Made by a program: the position numbers and the translations under genes. The notes beneath the pieces were generated by a model. That model did no database searches. It was not told where the DNA came from and saw only the letters and a list, made by a program, of their open reading frames with translations. Source: Chiloscyllium plagiosum (Eukaryota). From it: DNA of 64,000 nucleotides. Of the stretch, positions 49,127 through 60,324 are shown in pieces (the first letter of the stretch is position 1; each line of letters begins with the position of its first letter). Location of the stretch: positions 11,522,578-11,586,577 of the forward strand of contig NC_057751.1 in NCBI RefSeq assembly GCF_004010195.1, in the 5' to 3' direction.

Positions 49127-49195
49127 AACCAAGAGATTGAGGAACTGACCAAGATTTGTGACGAGCTGATTGCCAAGCTAGGGAAAACTGAATGA
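49127..49195 (+). CDS. TACC1: TACC1 last coding exon: NQEIEELTKICDELIAKLGKTE*
   Basis: tttcttctttcgcag|AAC...GAA TGA. The C-terminus LIAKLGKT(D/E) is TACC1-like. Confidence 0.95.
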   Translation, partial: NQEIEELTKICDELIAKLGKTE

Positions 49196-51135
49196 AGGCT
49201 GTAAACCCAAAAATGGACATTGCACGATAAAGCTTCCTGCAGACCTTTGTTCCTACAGCACGCTGCCTTACTTAGAAATAATATCCAACTCTAATGCATC
49301 TCGCCCCTGAAGTGGCAACACCCAGTAGTCTGCACAGCACATGTGGATCAGTCTTCATGCACTGTTTACTTCACAAATACAAGAAGTTGCCAAAACATTC
49401 CCACAGTTGGCGGTGCCCATTTTCTGACATGTAATTTGCTTTGCCGACACATCATCCTCATCTTTGTCACCCAGCGGTATTTAAAACTTCAACTAAATAT
49501 AGAATGCTTAAAGGTGCCATCCAGTTACTACGTGTAATTATGGTGCCAGCCTTTTATCTTCAGTTATGCTTCCTGCAGTTTGCTTCAACTGATGGTTAAC
49601 CCAGACTGAGAGAGATGGCCGCCTTCAGTGGAATGTTTCAATGTCACAGCTCTCAAGGTTCACTTTTCTGAAATGAGAGCTTTGACAGTCAGTGCCATGT
49701 TTTTTGTTTGAGTTCTTCCCTACAGCCTAATCTCTCAAATGTTGGGTTGAATAGAAGTAGTGAGTTGCTTGTGTCTTCCACCCCAATCATTGCCATATTT
49801 GGACAATGCACTGGCTTCCCATGTAAAATTAGGTACTCATTAATCAATGCTCTCAATGCCAATAATGTATTTTTTTCTTCAAAACAGTAGTGATTTTATG
49901 CAAATCATCTTGAACAAGTATTGAAATTCTGTGTGGGCATATAGACTCAATGGGAAATCTGAGGTGACCAGTGTGGATTTGGGGCTCCCATTCACGTCAG
50001 CATTACCAGAGCTTCACGAGAACTAGTAAAGGACTGTGGCAAAACTTTATCCTCAGATTAGATCCAAGCTTATCTTCTCCAGGCCTGTCAGCCTTGAGGA
50101 CCCAAATTAAAGCAAATCAGGGTCTTGAACTCAACAGTTTGGGTATGAAACCAGGAAGTGTCAGGCCACTGTTGAAACAAATTCTGATCGAGATTGTGCA
50201 TTGTCTTTTGTGCAGATATGAAGTGGGACAGTGTTCTTGTAGATGGGACACAGGTGTACCCAGAAGTATTTAATTTCAGAGTCGAAGTAAAGAATCATTT
50301 TCTTCCTCTCAGGATGCTCACCATTTCGATGCTCAGGGGTTTTGCAAACCTGGGTTTGAGGTTTTGAGATGTTGGCACACACCAGTGTTGCACACTGACC
50401 CTTCTTGCGAATGGCTTCTGTAAAGCAAGCAACACTTCCTCACACGAGATCACACAACATATTCACGGTTCCAGCAGGTGCTGTCCTCTCAATAGTGTAA
50501 CAGGATTTTGAACGCACAAAACTCTCTGTACGCTGAACAATATTTGTTTACTGCTAATTAGAGAATGTCATCACCCTGACACTGGCTGATAAAAAGTGCA
50601 TATATTTAAATTCTTTTTCTGGAGTCTTGTCTTTTTAACTCCCTATCCTGTCTTTTACAACAATGGCATAAAATGACATACAGCTGCATATTTACTGTAG
50701 AATCACCCCCGCAGGTTGAAGTCTGCAATTCAGTGAGAGATTTTCTTGAACTTTTGTTCTGCCTGCATTAATAACTTTCTGATATTGTGGTTGTGCCAGT
50801 GGAAATGAGCTTATGGTGATTCAAGTACAATTCCTTTTAGTGTGTTGTTTTCCCTTGTGACTTGTCTGAGTAACTTGCACCAGCTCTGATGTTCCTCCGT
50901 TATTCCTCCAACAATTTGCCTTGGCCATGTTAAGCTGCTTTTCACTTGGGGAAGACCCTTCACCTGCATAGTTTTTATACACAGATATATTTGTCTTTTT
51001 ATATGTTATGGTTCAATGAAGATTTTTAAAGTTGTAACTACAAAAAAAACAGATTATAAAATTTTAATTCCATGTACTAATATATTTTTTTCCATTGTCA
51101 TTGCCTGAATAAAAATGATGGTGAGTTTCACTTCT
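49196..51135 (+). other. TACC1: Putative TACC1 3' UTR (~1.9 kb)
   Basis: Stretch with no recognisable repeats between the stop codon and AATAAA 51108-51113; AU-rich near its end. Confidence 0.6.
51108..51113 (+). terminator. Polyadenylation signal AATAAA of TACC1
   Basis: U-rich upstream sequence (tatattttttttcc) and GU/U-rich downstream element (gttccctgttatgctttcttcctgttg). Repeats resume shortly after. Confidence 0.65.
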
Positions 51136-51364
51136 ATCAGTTCCCTGTTATGCTTTCTTCCTGTTGCATGATACAGTAATGGTAAAGAAGAGATTAGATG
51201 TTTAATGTATACTGGTTCACAAGATGCAGTGTGTTGCTTGCTGGATGCTCTTCGCTAATTGTCTCAGAGAAGATGATAATGAGCTGCCTTCTTGAATGGC
51301 TACTCTTTGGGTTGTTGGGGCATGGCGATAGTATTGTGTGGTTGGTGTTCCAGGATCTTTTTCA

Positions 51365-51673
51365 GATTAGATTCCCTACAGTACGCAAACAGGCCCTTTG
51401 GCCCAACAAGTCCACACCAACCCTCCGAAGAGTAACCCACCCAGACCCATTCCCCTAACCTTTACTCGTCTAATGCACCTGCGGGCAATTTAGCATGGCC
51501 AATTCACCTAACCTGCACATCTTTAGATTGTGGGAAGAAACTGGAGAACCCAGAGGAAACCCACGCAGATACGGGAGAATGTGCAAACTCCACACAGACT
51601 GTCCCCTGCGGCTGGAATCCAACTCAGGTCCCTGGCACTGTGAGGCAGCAGTGCTAACCTCTCAGCCACTGTG
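51365..51673 (-). mobile_element. HE1-like SINE
   Basis: agattagattccctacag...cactgtgaggcagcagtgctaacctctcagccactgtgc. Confidence 0.85.
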
Positions 51674-52255
51674 CGTCTGGTGGCTTTTGACCCACAACAG
51701 CGAAGGGTGATGATTTGGAGGGAAATGTGCAGGTGTTCACGTTACCAGACACTTGCCTCATTCTCCCAGGTATTAGACATAAAAGGGTTTGTAAGGTGCT
51801 GTCGAAGGAGGCTTGGGAGTTACTGCAGTGCATCATGTGGATGGTACACAGTGCTGTCACTCTGCATCTGTGGTGGATGGGGTATTTATCAAGAGGACTG
51901 CTTGATCCTTATGATGCAAACACTCATTATTGAATGGGTTACAGATTTGTCTTGATATTATTTGTTACCATACAAACGAAAAAATTAAGTCACTTCTGTT
52001 TCACGATTTTAGCAGCACACTTGCACCAATCAGCTGTTTCTTTTCCGAGATGTTAGTTGAGACCAGTGTGTCAGCAGTCAACAGGTGAGGTGCAAAACTC
52101 TGAAATCCAAGAAGCCTCCAAATGAAAATAGGATGTGATGTAACTGCACACCATCTCCATCATTAACATTAATTTGTGTCTCAAAGGCAGCGTGACCTGG
52201 TTAAGTGATAGCATTGCAACATAATATTGAAGTAAAAATGACTTATTTGTAAGCT

Positions 52256-52464
52256 CGGAGAAACTGAGGGCTGCAGATGCTGGAGATCAGAGCTGAAAAT
52301 GTGTTGCTGGAAAAGCGTAGCAGGTCAGGCAGCATCCAAGGAACAGGAGAATCGACATTTCGGGCATAAGCATGAAGAAGGGCTTATGCCCGAAACGTCG
52401 ATTCTCCTGTTCCTTGGATGCTGCCTGACCTGCTGCGCTTTTCCAGCAACACATTTTCAGCTTC
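52256..52464. mobile_element. Hairpin-shaped Penelope-like element with hammerhead core, family A
   Basis: 10-bp TSD TTTGTAAGCT (52246-52255, 52465-52474). Near-perfect inverted repeat ~52291-52371 versus ~52382-52462. aTGAAGA-A-GGGC-TTAT-GCCC-GAAA-CGTC at 52372-52399. Confidence 0.8.
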
Positions 52465-53566
52465 TTTGTAAGCTAACACGCTACCAAAAGGTTAGACAAA
52501 AGGTAACTTTGGTTTTAACTTGTTCGGAGAACAGTGTTTGGCAGATTGCAAAACAAGCTCTGTTCTTAGGTCGAGTGTTCTATCAGCACATATGAAAGAC
52601 TAGAGTGGAAGACTGAATGTGACTGAGAGAAATGAGCAAGTGGAAATGATTGTGCATTGATAAAACTCCTATACATAACTAAAAAAAAAAGACAAGCCCT
52701 CCACTGAGTTGTGCATCATTTTCAGATTCTTCAAATGATTGTATCGTGTTACTGGCTGAATGAGTGACCTTAGAGTTTAGGCATCCAAAGGTAGCAGCAA
52801 CACATTGTATTTAGGTTTTGTTTGGTGGTTTGTCTCAGGAGTGAGATTTGTGCATTTTTAAATATTGGTCAGCGTTATCATGAGGTATCTTTCTAACAAT
52901 GTAATGGCACCACCCATTTACAAGCTCTCATTGATTTGAACAGTGTCTCACTCTTGCCGAAGTTCTGTTTTGTTGCATATAGGATTGAAAAGGTTAAAAC
53001 ATGATTGAGTGCAGTAATGTCATGGAAACTTTGATAAAGTAAAGGAGCCTATAGAAGACAGACCTGGGGATAGCTCCCCCTAACATTCTCTCCGTTCATG
53101 CTCATATAATCTGTAAATAGTTGCAGTATTGCAATAAACCTCATTGTTTACTCAACAAGTAGACTCTTCCAGTTAGACGCAAAGGTGGATATCCTCATCC
53201 AAATTCAAATACTTTGAACATGAAGGAACCCACCCGAAATACATTTAAGAATGACAGAATCTTCAGCTGCCACTTCAGGAAGAAATCAGTCATTTCTAAC
53301 AGCAGAGAGTAGGTTTTCTTTTCAAACAATGTGTTAGTGAAATAGAGGGTCAAGTTCACTTTTCCTCTCAGAAAGCTATAAAGCACAGGTGAAAAAAACT
53401 GTCATAGTGACTGCAGAACACATGGAAGTGGAATCGGTCAGATTCCAGGAGGATACCTGTGTGGAGTTATGTTCAATAAAGTCTGTTTATGTTCACTGGA
53501 TGTGTGCAGACCTGAACTTAGTACAGTTGGTAGTTTTTTATGAATTGCATAATGCTGTAAAGTAAA

Positions 53567-53832
53567 TTAGATTAGATTAGATTACATTAGTGTGGAAACA
53601 GGCCCTTTGGCCCAACAAGTCCACATCGACCCGCCGAAGCGCAACCCACCCATTCCCCTACATTTACCCCTTTACCTAACACTACAGGCAATTTAGCATG
53701 GCCAATTCACCTCCCACGCAGACACTGGGAGAATGTGCAAACTCCACACAGACAGTCGCCTGAGGCGGGAATTGAACCTGGGTCTCCAGCGCTGTGAGGC
53801 AGCAATGCTAACCACTGTGCCACCGTGCCGCC
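53567..53832 (-). mobile_element. Young HE1-like SINE with internal deletion and (TCTAA)n tail
   Basis: (ttaga)x3 tail; head reverse complement gggcggcacggtggcacagtggttagcattgctgcctcacagcgc; central segment missing at gccaattcacct|cccacgcag. Confidence 0.85.
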
Positions 53833-53907
53833 CACAATGTGAAGTATAAAAGCGCACAGTTGCTGCTGACTAATCAGTTGCAACATAATTCAGCAGAGCA
53901 TCTTAAG

Positions 53908-54187
53908 ATTAGGTTCCCTAGAGTGTAACAAGTCCACACCCAAAGAGTATCCCACCCTGATCCTATATTTACCCCTGACGAATGCACCTAACACTATGGG
54001 AAATTCAGCATGGCCGATCCACCCTAACCTGCACATCTTTGGATTGTGGGAGGAAACCAGAGTGCCTAGAGGAAACCCACGCAGACACAGGGCAAATGTG
54101 CAAACTCTATATAGATAGTAATCAGAGGTGGGAATCGAACCCAGGTCCTTAGCACTGTGAGGTAGCAGTGCTAACCACTGAGCCACC
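53908..54187 (-). mobile_element. HE1-like SINE
   Basis: ORF 53890-54186 (MAQWLALLPHSAKDLGSIP...) is the translated SINE head. Confidence 0.85.
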
Positions 54188-54331
54188 CTGGCTTCGTTGA
54201 TTTCTTCTGAGATCAGTGAAATTTATCAAGGCCTGTGATCATTGCCACGAGACAAGATGTCTGAGGGTTGCTGCAGGAGCAGGGATATGTAGATTGTTAT
54301 GGTAAGGAGAGGCTGCATTATGCTAAGCCAC

Positions 54332-54550
54332 AAGACATAGGAGCACAAATTAGACCTTTCGGCCCATCGAGTCTGCTCCGCCATTCAATTATGGCTGATA
54401 GGTTTTCCAACTTCATTTTTCCACTTTCTCCCTGTAGCCTTTGATCCCCTTGGTAATGAAGAACTATCTATCTCTGTTTTAAATATACTCAATGACCTGG
54501 CCTCCACAATCTTCTGGTGCAGTGAATTCCACAGATTCACCACTCCCCGG
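54332..54550 (-). mobile_element. CR1 3' end fragment
   Basis: Minus-strand VVNLWNSLHQKIVEARSLSIFKTEID plus a caagacataggagca tail. Confidence 0.8.
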
Positions 54551-55515
54551 TTAAAGCAGGCATTCGGTGAAGACTGATGCCAGGGATCAAACTGCACAGT
54601 TGGCCGATATTTGCCTCTGATAGAATGCGTACCTGTTTCAGGAGGTCATCCCACTTCCTGTTAACAGGTTTGTTTCCTCAGCTTTGGGATGTGTTTAAAC
54701 AGCTGGATTCACAAATATCTCATTGCAGAAGTAGTTTAACAGCTCATTAGCAGCTTGAAACTAATTATTAATGTTCAGATACACAAAGGTTGGACAGTTT
54801 CTGCTCGGTGAATCTATTGCAATTATCAAGATCAAAGGCAGGAAATCAAGATGAACCCATTATTTACCTTTATAGGTGCTATACACAGTGTACTATAATA
54901 ATTACTACCAGTGCATAGGAAATGGAGCATTGTTACCTTGTACACAAATTGTTCCTTCATCCATTCAAACTCAAATGCCAATCTGCTATAGGGTTATGAT
55001 CCACTTGGCAAAAAATAACCTTACACATTCACAATGATTCATCTGAATGGTGACTTAGGGAGTGAGTGAGGGGAGTCTACTAGATGGAGTGGGAGGCAAC
55101 TACAGCCTGAATCAAACTGGTAAAACCTTAGTTTCAGACCAAAGAGAGATGTTGATATCTAATAAATCAACAAACATATCGATGAGACTTCCAATTCCAA
55201 TTGTGAAAGCTAAAAATCTTGGAATCAGTTGCAAAATAATGGAAAGCTGACAGGGCAGGACTTCAGATTCTTTCTTTGGGTATTTGGTCTATGATGAGCT
55301 GATTGGCCAATTCCACACCTGTAACTTTCTAGTGTCTAACCCTGTCTCCTCAGTCACCTCGTAAACATCAACTCTCCTGGAGCAACCATTGACAACGATT
55401 GCTAATTTAGAAATGGAAACATTTACTGGCAGTTTCTACCAGACAAGAAAATAATGGAAAATATCACCTTCAGATCTCCATACTTCACTCACGCATTAGC
55501 TTAACACATTTTGTC

Positions 55516-56031
55516 ATAGAATAGAATTTCTATAGTGCAAAAAGTGCCCAGTTGGCCCATCATGTCTGCACTGACCCGGTGAAGAGCATTTCACCAGACC
55601 CATCCCATAACCCTGCATGGGGTTTTTAACCATGGCTAACCTACTCATCCCTCGATACAATGGGTCATCTTTTTCGCATAGCCAATCTACCTAACCTACA
55701 CACAGTTGGACTGTGGGAGGAAATGCAGCTATGAAGAGAATGTGCAAACTCCACTCAATCAGCCAAGGTTGGAACCAAACCTGCTCTCTGGTGCAATGGC
55801 TACATTATTATGACTAATTCACTTACGTGTACATCCCTGGATACTCCAGGGAAATTTAGCATAACCAAACCACCTCACCTGCAGATCTTTGGACTGTTGG
55901 AGGAAACTAGAGTACTTGATGGAAATGCATGCAGACATGGAGAGAACATGCAACCTCCACACAGACACCCAGGGTTGAAAGCAAACCTGGGTCCCTGGTG
56001 CTGGTAAGCAGCAGTGCAAGCCATTGTGCCA
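55516..56031 (-). mobile_element. Two decayed HE1-like SINE copies in tandem (~55516-55795 and ~55810-56031)
   Basis: Two occurrences of the ctaacct.cac..tttggactgt.ggagga core; one tRNA-like head at ~55990-56031. Confidence 0.7.
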
Positions 56032-56473
56032 CATTATTTGGAGAAAGTTTATCAGTGTTTTCAATTGGAAAAAGGACAGTTGATTGAGCCATTCCAAAAT
56101 GGATAAAGGTTCCCGCTGAACATTTCTTGTGACTGCAAGAATAATATGAGATGGTTGGACTGTTCCATCACTAAGGCAAAAATCTCCCCTGCTGTTAGTG
56201 TGGTGGTAAGTGTTATCATTGAACCCACTGCACCAAGGCCTGGGATGAATGTTCGCACATGGTCTCCTGCTCTTCACCTCATTTGTTAATTCTGCAACTG
56301 TATTGTGGGGGCAATTTTCCAACAATTACATAACCAGAGAAGTGGAAGTGTTTATCACTGTGGGGACCTACTGGAACACACGCCTCTGTTGCCATATTCC
56401 AAACCAAGTGGCATGCTACTTTATTTGCTGCAAGCCATGGACTATGGTGCTCAAACTGAAATGTCTCAGAGAA

Positions 56474-56660
56474 CAGTGTTTTGCGAATAGGGATCTGCAC
56501 ATGCTGGCAGATGGGGTGGTAGAGAGCAGGACCACCCTTTTTCTAGCTGGTTGTCAAAAGAGGCCATGCCACAAACACAGCCACCCTGGTCAGAAATTGA
56601 ATCACATCAAATGAACTTTCATGCAGGTAGAAGGTCAGTGATCGTCTCTGCTCGACAAAC
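56474..56660 (+). pseudogene. Decayed Myb/SANT-like DNA-binding domain, probably from a PIF/Harbinger transposon
   Basis: QCFANRDLHMLADGVVESRTTLF..., then after a frameshift PPWSEI, then CR*KVSDRL. Fits the F..(D/E)L..L...V.....LF / W..I / (Q)C.KK..DL pattern, followed by a gtaa donor-like site. Confidence 0.5.
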
Positions 56661-58940
56661 GTAATTGCCCCCATCTTGTCTCTGTTATCTCGCATTCACA
56701 TTGCTAGCATTCAATCTAACCCTCCACCATGCATAAATCTTACCAAGTATCCAGTATTGCAACTCTCCATATTGTATGCTTTATGTCCACTCAAAGAATC
56801 ACACAAGCCTCGATACCTCGCACTCCATCCACGATACTTCCTGTTCCTTCCTAGGAGAGACCTCAGCATCTCTCCTGTTCATACATGATCAGAAACTGCT
56901 CTGAATCCACTTCCATTACATGCAGTCCCTCCCTTTTTGTCATTGTAGGGAAAATGGCCCACCCCTCCAGTATAATAGCTTAACTACACCCTGACTGACC
57001 TATTGTAATCCCTGAACCTCTTCCATTTAATATGCAAGACTGATTCTGGCCAGGACCCATGTCCAGTAATCAAATGAGCTCCTGGATTGATTGTGATGGT
57101 CTCCTGCTGATTGACGATGGTTCCCCTTCACCCCAGCACATGCTGCAGTTTGGATGTAGCACTGTGCCTTGCGTTGATATATGTGCACCCACTGCCTGGC
57201 TGAAATGTTTACACTGTAGTGTTCTCCACCATCACCAACCAGGTGCCTTCCCGCACTGCATACACACACAGAGGCTGGCGACCTGTACCTCAGTGGTCAA
57301 CACCATATGTGTCAGGAAAGCACAGTGAGGCAGACAGAAGTTGGCAGCATCTAATTTAGCACGACAGTAAGTGATTGCTGGAAAAGCAAGGTAAGAGCCA
57401 TAAAATGCACATGTACGTGTCAACACAAAAGCATGGCTGTTGCTGCTTGCAAAACCACCTGGAGGAAGCACACGATTCATGGCTGTCCACCTCTTTCAAA
57501 GATGAAGTGGTGCGGGGGGTTCGTCCCAGGGCAGGCATGACAATGTCTCGCTGATATTGACTTGGGTGGATGCAGAATTGATGGCTACAGAGGGCGTTTG
57601 AGCAGAAGAAGCAGTTGTACGATGGCAGTTGACAAGCCACAGCTGCCAGGTACCTGCTCTGTTGAACCTGTTGGGAATTTGCTGTTTCTTGATGGGGGAA
57701 GAGGAGAATGAGAAAGAGGATATACATAGGTTACGGTGGGATTTTAATGCATTGCAAATGCATAGAAATTAACTAATTGCCACCTATGTTGCCTCTAAAA
57801 CTTTATTATGTGTGGACCTTTGAGGTCCCTTGTGGCAGTGAGTTCCGAAACCCACAAGTCAATGTTACACTTACAGGGACTCTTGATCGCCACTTAAAAC
57901 AGAGACTTCAAGCTTAAGGTCAAAATTCAGAACATGTATCTTGACATAAAGAATCTGATTTTTAAAAAATTCTCACTCTATATGTCACCTTGCTTGCCAT
58001 TGACCTCGACACAGCAGGAAGAAGAGAATTCTGCTGTGAGTAAAGTTATGTTTTCGCATTTCTGGTCTGTGGTTTGACCTTTTTTTCCTAACAAGTTCTG
58101 ACCTTCTGCTGATAGTATTTCATTCAGCGGCGAATCTCTTATCATTTCCTGCAGAACTGCACCAGTCACTTTATGGAGAAAAATATACAAATTTATGGGA
58201 GAATGTGCACTGTCAATAAATACCTCATGCTTAAGAATAATAGCTAAACTTTTGTTACTCAGGAGAAAGAAAGTAAGCTTTTCTGTGGTTTGTTGTGTGT
58301 GGGTGAGGCATTGTTCTACCTGTGCGGCATCAAATGAGAATGGCTGCAATATCCAGAGATCACGGACGTGCCTGCTGTTTGCTGACAGCTGTTTTATAAT
58401 CCCGGGAGCAAGCGAGTACAAAGGGCCTGAGAGAAAGATTGGCTGCGACTGTTTCTCAAAATAGCTTTGATTCTCTTTTGTGCACTATTGTTTGGAAATG
58501 AATCTGGGAAACACCTGATACTTGGCTCACAACAGAACTAACTAATGCAGAATAATAGATCTTCCAAGAAAATGACCGAGCTGCCTTTTTGAGATCACTT
58601 TGCCAGTTCAAGAGACATGTTTTTATTCTGAGAGTAGGCCTACTCACCTATAGGTATGATGATTGGATGAAAATAAAGATGTCTCAATAACAAAACAGAT
58701 GAGAGAAAAGTGATAACAAACCTTTCACCAATTTTTATCAATACCTTAAATACTTTACCATATTTTTAACTGTTGCTCCCACTCCATCCAAATACATGTC
58801 ATGTGAAGCAAAAGCAATCAGCAAAGTAGACACTTACGGAAAAAAATGGCAGCTTTAAAGTGTTGCACTGATCTCACAGACTCCATTTGTTCTGGCCTGT
58901 CAGACCATATTGTTTACTGATGGAACAGGCACTTGCACAT

Positions 58941-59098
58941 AGGAGATAGTGAGAACTGCAGATGCAAGAGAGTCAGAGTCGATAAAGTGTGGCACTGGAA
59001 AAAGCACAGTCCTGATGAAGGGTTCTGCCTGAAACGTCAAATCTCCGGCTCCTCGGATGCTGCCTGACCTGCTGTGCTTTTCCAGCGCCACACTCGAA
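58941..59098. mobile_element. Partly hairpin Penelope-like element with intact hammerhead core residues, family A
   Basis: CTGATGA-A-GGGT-tct-GCCT-GAAA-CGTC at 59012-59038. Inverted arm agtgtggcactggaaaaagcacag versus ctgtgcttttccagcgccacact. Degenerate TSD aggcacttgcacat / aggcactgccccat. Confidence 0.7.
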
Positions 59099-60318
59099 AG
59101 GCACTGCCCCATGCCTGGTTATGACAGTTTAACTGATGCACTGGGTTCTGAATTTAATCTTCAGATCTCAGGTATTGAAGGCATGTACTGAAGAGCTGTC
59201 GGTTTAATTGTGGGTTAAACTTTTCTCACAGGCTCAATATAACTAGCCACACATAGACCCTCAACTGCAGATTGATGAACAAAGCACATTTATAACAGGA
59301 AGCATCAAATTTAACACCTTCCCTCTTCATCAACTTTACAAGTTTTTGATCAACTGCAGTTCTTTGTGAAATATAAATGTTATAGTAACAGTTTAATGTT
59401 GAGAACTTAAACAGTCCATGCAATGCTTCACATTGTTGGTGGAGACTCATTTGACAAATTGGATAGTCAACAAGGACCAGTGTATGTTCAGTGCAAATTC
59501 ATTAGGTCCAAGTGGAAAGCAAATGGGTCACTGCTCACGAACTGTGTTAGATAGATATTATTTCTCGTGAATGTACTTTCACAACCTCTCAGTGTGAAGC
59601 TTCTTATGAATCTCAACTTAACCAAAATTCAACCAATGAATGAATTGGAGGGTGGTGAGCATATGAGTGCTATCTGTAGTCTGTAATAGTCTCTAGCCAT
59701 TATTCTCCAACTAAACCTGGCATAACATCTTTCAGGAAGAATGACTTAACAATTGATACATGTTGGATGGAACTTAACTTTACAATTCAAGATCAATTGC
59801 AATGGAATTGATATGTGGGAGCAGGAATGGCAGGTAAACAGAAATTAAATGAGCAACTAAGAAAGGTAGGTGTGTAAATAAATCTATGACAGGTCTGAGA
59901 CTTGATGTGCAATTTTAACTTCAAATTTGCATCTGTTGTTCAAGACATTTCACACCAGGTACATTGGTTAAGTCTGTGACCAATCCCAATTTGCCACTAG
60001 TGAAGTAAATATGGACTGCTGTTTCACCGATGACTGTAATGGGCCTTCTAAAGTCAAGAGTACCAGCACTGGAAACAACAATGACACTGCAATCATCAAC
60101 AACCCAACACTAATTCTAAGTGCTTTCCTTGCATGAGGGCTAGTTTGTCAACTTTGAAACCAGTTTTCTTACCTGCTATTGATTCATGGTTGTAGCAGTT
60201 AAGGCTGTTGCACAACATTTATCACTTCATGAGAACGTGAATAAGGGAAATGCAAGACATTTAACAACACTTTAACAGCATAATTTTTGGAAAACTTTGA
60301 AAACAAAATTATCTCATA

Positions 60319-60324
60319 TTTATT
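60319..60324 (-). terminator. Possible minus-strand polyadenylation signal of a convergent neighbouring gene
   Basis: TTTATT on + (AATAAA on -), with U/GU-rich sequence downstream on - (tgagataattttgttttcaaagtttt). The adjacent 60.3-62.7 kb looks AT-rich and repeat-poor. Confidence 0.35.

Noticed and set aside
44514..49195. Assignment of the gene to TACC2 or TACC3
   Set aside because: EYFECSN, DKTAVLSLIREE, VERSLSDLFRRYEN, EGFKK and the LGKTE terminus match TACC1; TACC3 lacks HATDEEKLA.
53018..53180. Possible second solo LTR (TG start, AATAAA at ~53133, CA end)
   Set aside because: No TSD and no second copy in the window; too weak to call.
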